From assembly GCA_963674745.2 (NCBI GenBank), contig CAXXDV010000001.1, forward strand, positions 768,001 through 832,000: a stretch of 64,000 nucleotides of DNA. The letters are read 5' to 3'. The notes below the pieces were generated by a model. That model did no database searches, had not been told where the DNA came from, and worked only from the letters and a program-made list of their open reading frames with translations. Numbering within the stretch: position 1 is the first letter of the stretch; each line of letters opens with the position of its first letter. The stretch is from Desulfosudaceae bacterium (GTDB lineage: Bacteria > Desulfobacterota > Desulfobacteria > Desulfobacterales > Desulfosudaceae). Position numbers and translations under genes: made by a program. Below, in pieces: positions 49,226 to 59,423 of this stretch.

Positions 49226-50092
49226 ATGTGGAGGTACCTGATGATGACGTCACGCTTGTTTTATTTCTGCAAAAAAGTTCTTTTTTCCCGATGGTGGTCA
49301 GTGCTGATGGCGTTAATGGTGATAACCGTTCTCTGGACAAATAAACCTTGCCTGGCTGATGATCCCAAAGCCCGGGCCATTATGGAAAAAGTCGACGCGG
49401 TAGACGACGGCGATAACATGACCGCGGACATGAAAATGATCCTGATTGATAAAAATCAAAATACCCGCGAACGCACCATGCGGACTTTTGCCAAGGACAT
49501 GGGCGAAGACACCTACCAAATCATCTTTTTTACCGAACCGGCGGCGGTCAAGGATACCGGCTTTTTAACTTATGATTACGACGACCCGAATAAAGACGAC
49601 GACCAGTGGCTGTACCTGCCGGCCTTGAAAAAAACCAAACGCATCGCGGCCAGCGATAAAACCGATTCTTTTATGGGGTCGGATTTTTCATACGCGGATA
49701 TGACCAAGGCCGAGCTTGAAAATTATAACTACACCCTTTTAAAAGAAGACGAGGTATACGGCAAAAAGGTCTGGCTGATTGAATCCGTGCCTGTCAGCCA
49801 GAAAGTCATCGATACGTTCGGTTATTCCAAATCGCTTGTATTTGTCAGGCAGGATAATTATGTCATTGTGCGGGCTGTTCTCTGGATGGCCGACAGCAAT
49901 GAAATCAAATTCATGGACGTAAAAAAACTGGAACGGGTTGACGGAATCTGGGTGTCTTTGGAAACGCACATGACAACCAAGAAAGGGAAAAAAACCCATC
50001 ACCAGACCATTATGATTCAAGAAAACGTGGCTTTTAACCAGCAACTGGACGAAGGGCTTTTTACGGAGCGCAGTCTGGAAAAAGGACTTTAA
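49226..50092 (+). CDS. LolA-like outer-membrane lipoprotein-sorting family protein
   Basis: P..VKDTGFL, DDDQWLYLPALKKTKRI, SFMGSDFSY.D; start uncertain. Confidence 0.88.
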   Translation: MWRYLMMTSRLFYFCKKVLFSRWWSVLMALMVITVLWTNKPCLADDPKARAIMEKVDAVDDGDNMTADMKMILIDKNQNTRERTMRTFAKDMGEDTYQIIFFTEPAAVKDTGFLTYDYDDPNKDDDQWLYLPALKKTKRIAASDKTDSFMGSDFSYADMTKAELENYNYTLLKEDEVYGKKVWLIESVPVSQKVIDTFGYSKSLVFVRQDNYVIVRAVLWMADSNEIKFMDVKKLERVDGIWVSLETHMTTKKGKKTHHQTIMIQENVAFNQQLDEGLFTERSLEKGL

Positions 50093-50112
50093 CCGGTCGT
50101 GGGAGGGGGGTA

Positions 50113-51588
50113 ATGGTGTTTTTACGTTTAAATAAAACCGTATTTTTTCTGGTCCTGTCGGCTTTTGTGCTGACACTTCCGCTTTCTGCAAAAGCCGCTG
50201 ATTCAAAGGCGAAGAGCCAAACCGGTTATGAAGACGTTTTGTCCGGGTTTGATCAGGACAGCCCGCTGGCCGAGGACATCCTGCCTACGACTGAAGACGA
50301 CAAAGACCTGGTTCCCTGGCTGGATATCAGCGGCGAATTGACCCTGTCCGGCGTCTGGAACGTCAACCATGACGCGCCGGAAGCCGACCAGACGGATTAC
50401 CGTGGTCTGTCCCGGTTGCGGACGGCTCTGGACCTGGTTCTGGAAGCCGACCTTTCAGATGCATGGCGGGCTCAGGTAAGCGGCAGGGGGTTTTATGATT
50501 TTGCTTACCATATCGAAGGTCATAGTGAGTTTACCCGGGAAGTTTTGGAAGAATACGAAGACGAACTGGAATTCCGGGAAACCTATGTCGAAGGACAGCT
50601 GTTACCCGGTTTTGATATCCGACTCGGACGGCAGATTATTATCTGGGGTAATTCAGAGACCTTCCGGGTAACGGACATTTTAAATCCCCTGGACAATCGT
50701 GATCCTGGCCTGGTCGACATTGAAGACCTGCGCCTGCCGGTCTGCATGGCCCGCATGGATTATCAGTGGCGGGCTGCTTCCGGTTACTACAACCTGACCG
50801 GGGTCGCCATCCCTGAGCAGCGGTTCAACAAAGACCCGGTTTACGGCAATGATTTTTATCCTCTTGATATGCCCCTTCCCCATGAAAAAATACCGGCCCA
50901 GAATTTTCAAAACAGTGATTACGCCCTGGGCTTTAAAGGTGTTTTTCAGCACTGGGACATTTCGCTGTATGGGGCCTATTATTACAATGACGATCCTTAT
51001 CTGAAAAAGATCGGTGAACAGGCCTATCCGATTCAAATGCCCGACGGCAGCGTCGTGTGGCAACAGGTCGATATCTATGAACAGTGGCACGCCCGCATCT
51101 GGATGGCCGGGCTGTCCACCAACATTGCCATGGGAGACTGGCTGTTGAAAGCTGAGCTGGCCCGGTCCGGTGGTTACAAATACGCCAATGCCATGAACAA
51201 AAAGTCGATAAGCAGTGGTTTGCTCGGCCTGGAATATATGGGTTTTACCAACACCACCCTGAGCCTGGAATGCACGGAGACAGGCATTCACGGATTTGTT
51301 GACGCCATGAAGGAGGCCCCGGACTTTGCCCTCTCAACACAATTTCAAACCGCCTTTCGTTTTACCCAGGACCGGATGCATGACCGGCTGGAGCTTGTCG
51401 TTTTGATTATGGCCCTGGGGGCAGACGCCAAGGAAGGCCTCATCGAGCGGCTTTCGGCTGCTTTTGATATCACCGACAACTTCACGGTAACGGCCGGGTG
51501 CATTTTTTATCAGGACGGTGACGAACCGATCTTTGAAGGTATTCATAAAAACAACCGGGGCTTTCTTGATTTTACGTACGCCTTTTAA
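50113..51588 (+). CDS. DUF1302-like outer-membrane beta-barrel
   Basis: Signal peptide, RETY, GRQIIIWG, D.LNPLD; terminal YAF. Confidence 0.75.
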   Translation: MVFLRLNKTVFFLVLSAFVLTLPLSAKAADSKAKSQTGYEDVLSGFDQDSPLAEDILPTTEDDKDLVPWLDISGELTLSGVWNVNHDAPEADQTDYRGLSRLRTALDLVLEADLSDAWRAQVSGRGFYDFAYHIEGHSEFTREVLEEYEDELEFRETYVEGQLLPGFDIRLGRQIIIWGNSETFRVTDILNPLDNRDPGLVDIEDLRLPVCMARMDYQWRAASGYYNLTGVAIPEQRFNKDPVYGNDFYPLDMPLPHEKIPAQNFQNSDYALGFKGVFQHWDISLYGAYYYNDDPYLKKIGEQAYPIQMPDGSVVWQQVDIYEQWHARIWMAGLSTNIAMGDWLLKAELARSGGYKYANAMNKKSISSGLLGLEYMGFTNTTLSLECTETGIHGFVDAMKEAPDFALSTQFQTAFRFTQDRMHDRLELVVLIMALGADAKEGLIERLSAAFDITDNFTVTAGCIFYQDGDEPIFEGIHKNNRGFLDFTYAF

Positions 51589-51602
51589 AAAGGAGGAACC
51601 TT

Positions 51603-52256
51603 ATGACTGACGCCACTATAGCCGCTTTTGACGGGCTCAGGGACCTGACCATGATCAAATGGTATGCCATTCCCCTGATGGCCCTGGTCTTTTATGTCTA
51701 TACCCGGGAAATAAAAGAAGCAAAAAATTCCGGCGACTGGAACGCCGTCCTGGCCGGACTGACCATCTTCGGGGTTGATTTCTTCAATGAAACCTGGAAC
51801 AGCTGGGTCATGTATCTGACCGGGCGATCGGCCTTCTGGACAACGCCCGGTGACACGGCCTTGCGGGTCTTTGTGGGCTGGAACCTGGAAATTATTTTCA
51901 TGTTTCTGATACTGGGCATTATCTATTATCACACCCTTTCGGAAAGCACCCGGGAAAAAATTATCGGCATTCCGGAAAAATGGTTCTGGGCCGTGGTTTA
52001 CGCGGCTTTCTGCGTGTTTATCGAATGCCTGCTGAACAAGGGGGGCCACCTGGTCTGGGAATATCCGTTCTGGAACCGCACTTTCGGCGGGGTCTGGCTG
52101 ATCTTTTTAATCGGGTATTTCCACTTCTTCTGTTTTGCGATTCTGGTAATTACCCGAAAAACATTAAAAACCAAATTGATTTGGGTCAGCATTATTTACG
52201 CCGTGCCGATTATCATGAACATCATCGGCCTGGGATTGCTTGGCTGGAAATATTAA
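51603..52256 (+). CDS. Membrane protein of unknown function
   Basis: 217 aa, AGGAGG SD, several TM helices with embedded D/E/H/W residues. Confidence 0.85.
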   Translation: MTDATIAAFDGLRDLTMIKWYAIPLMALVFYVYTREIKEAKNSGDWNAVLAGLTIFGVDFFNETWNSWVMYLTGRSAFWTTPGDTALRVFVGWNLEIIFMFLILGIIYYHTLSESTREKIIGIPEKWFWAVVYAAFCVFIECLLNKGGHLVWEYPFWNRTFGGVWLIFLIGYFHFFCFAILVITRKTLKTKLIWVSIIYAVPIIMNIIGLGLLGWKY

Positions 52257-52274
52257 CATACTCAAGGGGGAAAC

Positions 52275-53507
52275 ATGAGCGCTATTAGAGAGTGCGTGGT
52301 TGTCGACGCGGTTCGGTCACCGATCGGAAAATCCGGCTGGAAAGGAATGGAGAAAAACGGACAACTCTGCCAGGCATCGGCCCAGGACCTTCTGGCCAAC
52401 ACCATGCGCGGGTTGATTGACCGGGTCAAGGCCAAAGCACCTAATTTTGAAGAACGCGATATTGAAAATGTCATCGTTGGCTGTCTCTCCCAGATCGGAG
52501 AACAAGGCCTGAATATTGCCCGGGTGGCCTCTCTGTTGGCCAAAATTCCTCAGGAGGCGGCTGCCTGCACCGTGAACCAGTACTGTAACGCCGGCCTTAA
52601 ATCCATCAACATCGCCGCCCATGAAATTATGCTCGGTGAAGGAGATGTCATTGTCTGTTCAGGCGTGGAGATCATGTCTCACTACGGCATGGGAGCCGAT
52701 CTCAAGGTGGCCATGGAAGCACAATATCCTGTCCGGCTGTCCTCTCGCTTCGCGGAAACCGGCATGATCATCACCCAGGGACAATGCGCTGAAATGATTT
52801 CCGAAGGCCAGGGCCACACCCGGGAAGACCTGGACCGGTTCGGCGCCTGGAGCATGGCCAAGGCGGTCAAGGCCCGGCGCGAAGGCCTGTTTGACAATAT
52901 CATTCCCTTTGAACTGAGCTGGGCCAACGAAACCCGGACGATTGACACAGATGAAGTCCTGCGGGAAAAAGCGGCGGATGATCCTGACGGGTTCATGCAG
53001 GATCTGGCCCGGCTGCCGGCGCCGTTTAAAAGCGGTGGCATGGTGACGGCCGGGAATTCCTCCCAGATCGTGGACGGGGCGGCGGCGGTCCTGCTGATGA
53101 GCGCTGACAAGGCTGAGCAACTGGGCCTGGAACCGCTTTGCCGGATCTCATCCTGTGCCGTTTCCGGCGGGGAACCGGTACCCATGTTGCTGGCACCCAT
53201 CCCGGCCACGCAGAAAGCCCTGAAGCGGGCCGGCAAAACCATTGACGACATGGATGTCATCGAGCCCAACGAGGCTTTTGTGTCCCCGTTGATCCAGTTT
53301 GCCGACGACCTGGGTTATGACCGTATGGACGAGCGCGTCAACCCCACCGGCGGGGCTGTGGCGTTGGGCCACCCCATCGGTGCTTCCGGCGTCGTCTATT
53401 TCGGCGAAATGTGCCGGCACCTTAAGCGGATCAAGGGCCGGGCCGGCGTGCAGATGATGTGCGGCGGCGGCGGGGTCGGCATCGCCACGGTGGTTGAAGC
53501 GGTTTAA
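52275..53507 (+). CDS. Thiolase (acetyl-CoA C-acyltransferase)
   Basis: DAVRSPIG, TVNQYC, TAGNSS, NEAF, GHPIGASG, MCGGGG. Confidence 0.95.
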   Translation: MSAIRECVVVDAVRSPIGKSGWKGMEKNGQLCQASAQDLLANTMRGLIDRVKAKAPNFEERDIENVIVGCLSQIGEQGLNIARVASLLAKIPQEAAACTVNQYCNAGLKSINIAAHEIMLGEGDVIVCSGVEIMSHYGMGADLKVAMEAQYPVRLSSRFAETGMIITQGQCAEMISEGQGHTREDLDRFGAWSMAKAVKARREGLFDNIIPFELSWANETRTIDTDEVLREKAADDPDGFMQDLARLPAPFKSGGMVTAGNSSQIVDGAAAVLLMSADKAEQLGLEPLCRISSCAVSGGEPVPMLLAPIPATQKALKRAGKTIDDMDVIEPNEAFVSPLIQFADDLGYDRMDERVNPTGGAVALGHPIGASGVVYFGEMCRHLKRIKGRAGVQMMCGGGGVGIATVVEAV

Positions 53508-53517
53508 AGGAGATTTT

Positions 53518-54411
53518 ATGGCCAGCAAGGAAATGGAAGACATCATTCGTTTTTTACAGCAATCCCGGCAAAAGGGGCGGCAACCGGATGTGGCCGCCAT
53601 CCGGGCCGGCCTGGATCAGTTATCCGCCATGGCGCCCCCGTTTGAGGGTGTCGATTTGCAGACAGTTGATGCCGGGGGCGTGCCGGCCGAATGGGTTTTT
53701 GTGCCGGGCAATGAAGAAAACGATATTATTTTATATTTTCACGGCGGCGGGTATACTGCCGGGTCCCTTGCCACTCACCGCGATTTGGTCAGCCGTCTGG
53801 CCAAAGAAACCGGTCGTCGTGTTCTGGCCGCCGATTACCGGCTGGCGCCGGAGCATCCCTTTCCGGCGGCAGTCGAAGACGCCGTGGCTGTTTATCGCTG
53901 GTTACTAAACGACAAAGGACTGGCACCGGATAAAATTGTTGTGGGCGGTGATTCGGCGGGCGGCGGCTTGACCCTGGCGGCCCTGGTCAAGTTAAGGGAT
54001 GCCGGTGATCCGCTTCCCCGGGCCGCTTTCTGCCTGTCTCCCTGGACCGACCTGGCCGTTACCGGCGAATCGGTAACCGCCAAAGCAGAAGCAGACCCGT
54101 TTATTGAACCACAGGCCCTGACCTATCTGGCCGACCAATACCTTCAGGGAGCAGACCCCCGAACCCCCCTGGCCTCACCGCTTTACGCGGATTTAACCGG
54201 GTTGCCGCCATTACTGATCCAGGTGGGCGAACGGGAATGCCTGCTCGATGACGCCAGGCGCCTGGGGGATAAGGCGGAAGCCGCCGGGGTTGATGTTACC
54301 ATTGATGTCTGGGATGAGATGATTCACGTTTTCCAGTCTTTTGCCCCGGTGACACCGGAAGGTAAGGCCGGCATCCGCCGCATCGCCGAATACGTGGAGG
54401 GGTTGTCTTAA
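53518..54411 (+). CDS. HSL-family alpha/beta hydrolase (esterase)
   Basis: HGGG, DYRLAPEHPFPA, GDSAGG, HVF. Confidence 0.95.
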   Translation: MASKEMEDIIRFLQQSRQKGRQPDVAAIRAGLDQLSAMAPPFEGVDLQTVDAGGVPAEWVFVPGNEENDIILYFHGGGYTAGSLATHRDLVSRLAKETGRRVLAADYRLAPEHPFPAAVEDAVAVYRWLLNDKGLAPDKIVVGGDSAGGGLTLAALVKLRDAGDPLPRAAFCLSPWTDLAVTGESVTAKAEADPFIEPQALTYLADQYLQGADPRTPLASPLYADLTGLPPLLIQVGERECLLDDARRLGDKAEAAGVDVTIDVWDEMIHVFQSFAPVTPEGKAGIRRIAEYVEGLS

Positions 54412-55304
54412 AGGCGAAAATATTTATCGCCTTCACGGCCGGCCAGTCCCTTGGCGACAAGATGCGCCAGATGCTTTTCGGCCATGCCCCGCTCGCCGAA
54501 CATGAAAAAGGCCTCCGGCTGACGGGGCTTTTTATAGATAAACCATTGTCCAACAACCTCTTCCAGTGTTTTAGGGCCTTCCAGAAAATGGATGATTTTT
54601 TCTTCCCGTTCATCAATTACACCCAGATAGGCCTCGGCCAGTGGGCGGATATCGCCTGAAAGAACCCCCATATTGTGGGAGGTAATATAAACACGGGCGG
54701 GGATATCCATCAGACGCTTGACCGAACTGATGGTATCATCGATATCAGACACCCGGTCACCGTACCAGGGGCCAAAGGCCGTCATATCCAGGTCTCCGGT
54801 AAACAGCACGCCTTCCTGTTCGCAATACAGGCTGATATGTCCGGGTGTATGACCCGGGGTGTGAATAACGGTCAACCGGGTTTCACCGAACTCGAGGATG
54901 TCCCCATCGACGAGCTCACGCTCCGGGACCCTTGCTTTGAAGTTAAACGACTCCACCAGAATCTGTTTCCAGAAAACCGCTTCTTCCGAGTCTTCATCCA
55001 CCCCGTAAGCATCAAGCAATTTGCCCAGGGAGGAAAAACAAAGGGCATCTTCAACATGAACAAGCAATCTGGCATCGGCAAACAAGTGATTGAAGGTAAA
55101 ATGGTCTTCATGGTAGTGGGAGTTGATCAGCATGTCATCCGGACCGGTTCGCAAAAGCGCTGCCAGTGCGGCTTCGTCTGAAGCGGGATCAACAATACCT
55201 TTGATGTCATCATCGACGTAGAGGGAATTGCAGAAAGGATATTTACCGGAATTGTTGCCCGGTATGAAGACCAGCTTACCGAACCGTTGCGTTTCCATCG
55301 TCAT
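54408..55304 (-). CDS. Metallo-beta-lactamase-fold hydrolase
   Basis: SHYHEDH, HTPGHT.GH, FTGD, TSH. Confidence 0.92.
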   Translation of the reverse strand: MTMETQRFGKLVFIPGNNSGKYPFCNSLYVDDDIKGIVDPASDEAALAALLRTGPDDMLINSHYHEDHFTFNHLFADARLLVHVEDALCFSSLGKLLDAYGVDEDSEEAVFWKQILVESFNFKARVPERELVDGDILEFGETRLTVIHTPGHTPGHISLYCEQEGVLFTGDLDMTAFGPWYGDRVSDIDDTISSVKRLMDIPARVYITSHNMGVLSGDIRPLAEAYLGVIDEREEKIIHFLEGPKTLEEVVGQWFIYKKPRQPEAFFMFGERGMAEKHLAHLVAKGLAGREGDKYFRL

Positions 55305-55432
55305 CTCCTTCTACGCTGCAAAACCACGCCGCTTACAGATTATCCCGGGAAATGGTCGGCCGGGACGTTAACCGCATAAAACTTAACACCTGAGACATTA
55401 TCGCCCTTAAACCGAACCCCTCAAACCCCGAC

Positions 55433-55472
55433 CACATAAACACTTAAACACTTAACCACTTAATCACCTAAA
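55433..55472. repeat. 8-bp tandem repeat (five units)
   Basis: CACATAAA CACTTAAA CACTTAAC CACTTAAT CACCTAAA. Confidence 0.75.
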
Positions 55473-55798
55473 ACTTCCACGGAGTAATGTTGCTCATAAG
55501 GTTGATCCCGAACGGTGCCCGGATGGGACGCTTAGATCCTTATTAACACAAAACGATTTATACCGACAAGCAGTAAAGCGGTTAATTACTTAAAAATATC
55601 TTGCTTTTCACTTTCTTATCAATTAAAAGGATAAAAGAGTCATTCTGTTAGTTCAGCATGAGCATGTTTCGCTCCCGCGTGAAGCTTTAAATATAGGCCG
55701 TTCAGCCAGTGAAAATCTGTAAGGAATAAAGCAATGGGATTACTTTGGTCGTAGCGAAGGCTTTTCCTTTTACTAAACCATTTTAAAGGAGGTCACTT

Positions 55799-56185
55799 AT
55801 GGCAGGAAAAACAAAAGCCGTGTCAATGGATGCCGCGTTTAAATCTTTATTACGGAATTTCGATATTCCCAGCAAAAAGGATATAGACAAACTGAATGCT
55901 AAAATTGATCGGCTGGAAAAAATGATTAAAAAATCGGCTGCCGCACAATCAACTGCCGGCAGAAAGCCGAAAAAAGAGCAAAACAAAGGTAAGACCGGCG
56001 CCCGGCGGCTATCTGCAACCAGCGTTGTCATGGAAAGCATCAAGAGAAGCAAAAAAGGAGCCGACTTTTCCACGTTGCAGGCCAAGACCGGTTTTGACGA
56101 AAAAAAGCTCCGCAATATTATTTTCAGACTGCACAAACTTGAAAAGATCAAACGCGTGGGCCGGGGCCTCTATACGGCGGCTTAA
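55799..56185 (+). CDS. Small basic protein: coiled coil plus winged-helix-like domain
   Basis: AAGGAGG SD; IPSKKDIDKLNAKIDRLE; Lys-rich linker; TGFDEKKLRNIIFRL...IKRVGRGLY. Confidence 0.8.
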   Translation: MAGKTKAVSMDAAFKSLLRNFDIPSKKDIDKLNAKIDRLEKMIKKSAAAQSTAGRKPKKEQNKGKTGARRLSATSVVMESIKRSKKGADFSTLQAKTGFDEKKLRNIIFRLHKLEKIKRVGRGLYTAA

Positions 56186-56274
56186 CCTGTCGCATGATGA
56201 AAATTCCTTAATCGCTAATTAATACCGGTGGTGCCGGGCTGATAAAGGCCTGCAAACGCACACCGCAACCTGAC

Positions 56275-59256
56275 GTGGAGATGGAAATGATTGACAGCGG
56301 AGTCGTCCTGGCCGAAGGGGATAAATGTTGTGGTTATACTGTAAAAAAAATCATCCCCTACAAAGAAATCAACGCCCTTATTTACGAACTTGAACATATT
56401 GCCACCGGTGCCAGACACCTGCACGTTGCCACCGAAGACAGCGAAAACTGCTTTTCCGTCGCATTTAAAACCATTCCAAATGACTCGACCGGTGTGGCCC
56501 ATATCCTGGAGCATACTATTTTATGCGGGTCAAAAAAATATCCTGTCCGTGATCCCTTCTTCTCCATGATCAAAAGGAGTTTAAACTCCTTTATGAATGC
56601 CCTGACGGCGTCCGACTGGACCATGTATCCCTTTGCAACGCCCAACCGGAAAGATTTTTATAATTTAATGGACGTTTATCTGGACGCGGTTTTCTTCCCC
56701 AAACTCGACGAATTAAGTTTCAAGCAGGAGGGGCACCGGCTTGAAATTGTCCCTTCCGAAAAAGGCGTGGATGACGACACGCTGACATTCCAGGGTGTGG
56801 TTTATAATGAAATGCAAGGGGCGATGTCCTCACCGGACCAGGTTTTATCCCGTGCGCTGATGAGCGAGCTCTATCCGGACACCACCTATCGCTTCAATTC
56901 CGGCGGCGACCCCGACGTGATTCCCACCCTGACGCATCAGCAGTTAATCGATTTTCACCGTCGCTATTACCATCCCAGCAACGCTTATTTTTATACTTAC
57001 GGCAATATTCCCCTGGCTGAGAACCTTGATTTTATTTCAAGCAAGGTATTGGCCGGCGTTGAACGCATAGATCCCGGCACCGACGTTCCTACACAGCCCA
57101 GGTGGCAAAATCCCCGGGCGGCGTCCTGCCCTTACGCCATTTCACCGGAAGAAGAAAATGTTGCCCAAAAACACCAGCTTTGCGTAGCCTGGTTGACTGC
57201 CGATATCCTTGAAAGTTTTGAGGTCATGTCATTGATCATCCTGGAACAGGTACTTATGGGTAATCCGGCATCCCCGCTTTACAAAGCGCTGATCGATTCG
57301 GGGCTGGGGAGTTCGTTGTGTGACGGCGCCGGATTTTCCGCCGACATCAGAGACACCATGTTCGCCTGTGGCTTAAAAGACATCAAACAGGAAGACGCCC
57401 AGGCTGTTGAGACCATTATCCTGGATACGCTCCAGCACCTGGCCGATAACGGCATCGACAGGGAACTCGTTGATTCAGCGGTTCATCAGATTGAATTTTA
57501 CCGCAAAGAAATCACCAACACCCCTTATCCATTCGGTGTTAAACTTTTTTTAACCCTGTCCGGAAGCTGGTTTCACGGCACCCCCCCGGAAGAAATTTTC
57601 GAAATCGATCCTTATATTAAACGACTTTATGATGAAATGGCCAAAGGACCGTTTTTAGAAAGCCAGATCCGAAGATGGTTTCTGGACAACCCCCATCGGG
57701 TGACGTTTACGCTCTACCCGGATGTTAAATTGAGCGACCGCCAGGAAGCCCGGACCGCCGATACCCTGAAAGAAATCAGGCAATCGTTGTCAACTCCGGA
57801 TATGGAGAAAATCAACACGGAAACGGAACGTTTGAACACACTTCAGGAGACCGAAGAAGACCTTTCAGTACTGCCGACCCTGGAATTAACGGACATTCCC
57901 CCTGAAGTTCAGACAACTCCGACATCGCCCCGGACATCATCCATCTTTTGTTTTCCTCAGCCGACTTCAGGCATTTTCTATTTTTCCGCCGCTGCCGGCG
58001 CGGCCGGGCTTGACGACAAACTTTTTCCTCTGGTGCCTTTTTTCTGCGCTGCTTTGCCGAGGATGGGCACACGCACCCGTGACTACCTGGAAATGGCCCG
58101 GCTGATAGATCTGCATACCGGCGGTATCGGTATGTCGGCGCAGGCGCACACAACCTATACTGAAGCAGGCGGCTGCACGTCTTATGTATCGTTCTCCGGC
58201 AAGTGCCTGGAGCGGAAACAGGATAAAATGTTTGACCTCATCCGGGAAATGCTTTGTGAATTCGATTTTTCAAATCTCGAGCGCTTGAAACAGCTGCTCC
58301 TGGAATACCGGGCCGGGCTGGAATCTTCAGTAATACATAACGGCCATCGGTTGGCCATCTCCCTGGCTTCACGCAATTTTTCGCCTTCATCGGCGTTCTC
58401 AGAACAATGGTACGGCATTCACCAGCTACAATATATAAAATCCCTTACCACCGACCTTGACGACATGACACTGTCTGCAATATCCGACAAACTGGCGACA
58501 ATAGCCGATGTGATTTTGACATGCGATAATCTGAAAACCGGATTGACCGGCCCGGAACATGTGCTGGAACCGGCCGTTTCTTTTGCCCAATCCCTGTCAG
58601 AGGCGATGGGAACAGCCTCGCCGGAAATAAGGTTTAACGTCAATAACCCGCCGTCATCTTCTGGAATACCCGTTGAAGGCTGGAGTACATCCACGGCTGT
58701 GTCCTTTGTGGCTTCGATGTTCAAGGCGGTGCGCCAGGGCCACCCTGGCGCACCGGCCCTGGCCGTTATCAGCAAACTGCTGAGATCCTCTTTTCTACAT
58801 CGGGAAATCCGTGAAAAAGGCGGTGCCTATGGCGGGTTTGCGGTTTACAACTCAGAGGACGGCCACTTCGGTTTTGCTTCATATCGGGACCCTCACATTA
58901 CCAATACCCTGAATGTCTATCGCCGGGCGGTTGACTTTATCCAGTCGGACAATTTCAGTGATGAGGAAATCAAGGAGTCCATCCTGCAGGTCTGCTCGGA
59001 CATCGATCGGCCAACAACTCCGGCGGAAAAGGGCCTCCGGGGTTTTCAACGCCAGCTCCTGGGGTTGACCGACGAGCAGCGGCAGGCGTTCAAAGAAGGT
59101 GTGCTGGCGGTCACCAAAGAGACGGTCATCAATACCGCCTGCGATCTTTTTCCGAATGATCCGGGGCAATATGCTGTGGCGGTGATCTCGGGCAAGGATA
59201 AGCTTGAAGCAGCCAATAATGAACTGCCCTCACCGTTGACGCTTCATAAAATTTAA
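56275..59256 (+). CDS. M16C (presequence protease-like) zinc metallopeptidase
   Basis: HILEH, PVRDPFF, YHPSNA, IREKGGAYG, SYRDP; start may be 56281 or 56287. Confidence 0.94.
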   Translation: MEMEMIDSGVVLAEGDKCCGYTVKKIIPYKEINALIYELEHIATGARHLHVATEDSENCFSVAFKTIPNDSTGVAHILEHTILCGSKKYPVRDPFFSMIKRSLNSFMNALTASDWTMYPFATPNRKDFYNLMDVYLDAVFFPKLDELSFKQEGHRLEIVPSEKGVDDDTLTFQGVVYNEMQGAMSSPDQVLSRALMSELYPDTTYRFNSGGDPDVIPTLTHQQLIDFHRRYYHPSNAYFYTYGNIPLAENLDFISSKVLAGVERIDPGTDVPTQPRWQNPRAASCPYAISPEEENVAQKHQLCVAWLTADILESFEVMSLIILEQVLMGNPASPLYKALIDSGLGSSLCDGAGFSADIRDTMFACGLKDIKQEDAQAVETIILDTLQHLADNGIDRELVDSAVHQIEFYRKEITNTPYPFGVKLFLTLSGSWFHGTPPEEIFEIDPYIKRLYDEMAKGPFLESQIRRWFLDNPHRVTFTLYPDVKLSDRQEARTADTLKEIRQSLSTPDMEKINTETERLNTLQETEEDLSVLPTLELTDIPPEVQTTPTSPRTSSIFCFPQPTSGIFYFSAAAGAAGLDDKLFPLVPFFCAALPRMGTRTRDYLEMARLIDLHTGGIGMSAQAHTTYTEAGGCTSYVSFSGKCLERKQDKMFDLIREMLCEFDFSNLERLKQLLLEYRAGLESSVIHNGHRLAISLASRNFSPSSAFSEQWYGIHQLQYIKSLTTDLDDMTLSAISDKLATIADVILTCDNLKTGLTGPEHVLEPAVSFAQSLSEAMGTASPEIRFNVNNPPSSSGIPVEGWSTSTAVSFVASMFKAVRQGHPGAPALAVISKLLRSSFLHREIREKGGAYGGFAVYNSEDGHFGFASYRDPHITNTLNVYRRAVDFIQSDNFSDEEIKESILQVCSDIDRPTTPAEKGLRGFQRQLLGLTDEQRQAFKEGVLAVTKETVINTACDLFPNDPGQYAVAVISGKDKLEAANNELPSPLTLHKI

Positions 59257-59300
59257 TAGCGGATGGCCTGTCGGCAGTGTTGCAGGCTGCTCGCAGATGT

Positions 59301-59361
59301 TGTAGGGGCGGCCCCCTGTGGCCGCCCGACAAAAGGGCACCCACAGGGGGGTGCCCCTACA
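59301..59361. repeat. REP doublet (REPIN-like)
   Basis: TGTAGGGGCGGCCCCCTGTGGCCGCCC...GGGCACCCACAGGGGGGTGCCCCTACA. Confidence 0.88.
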
Positions 59362-59423
59362 TTAGCACACGTCCAGCGGCATGAAAAAGGGACCATCGGA
59401 CAACGCCTTTCCTGGATTTTTTA

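Noticed and set aside
55480..55790. c-di-GMP riboswitch or tRNA in a long intergenic region
   Set aside because: Only an isolated GGGACGC word; no full consensus and no cloverleaf
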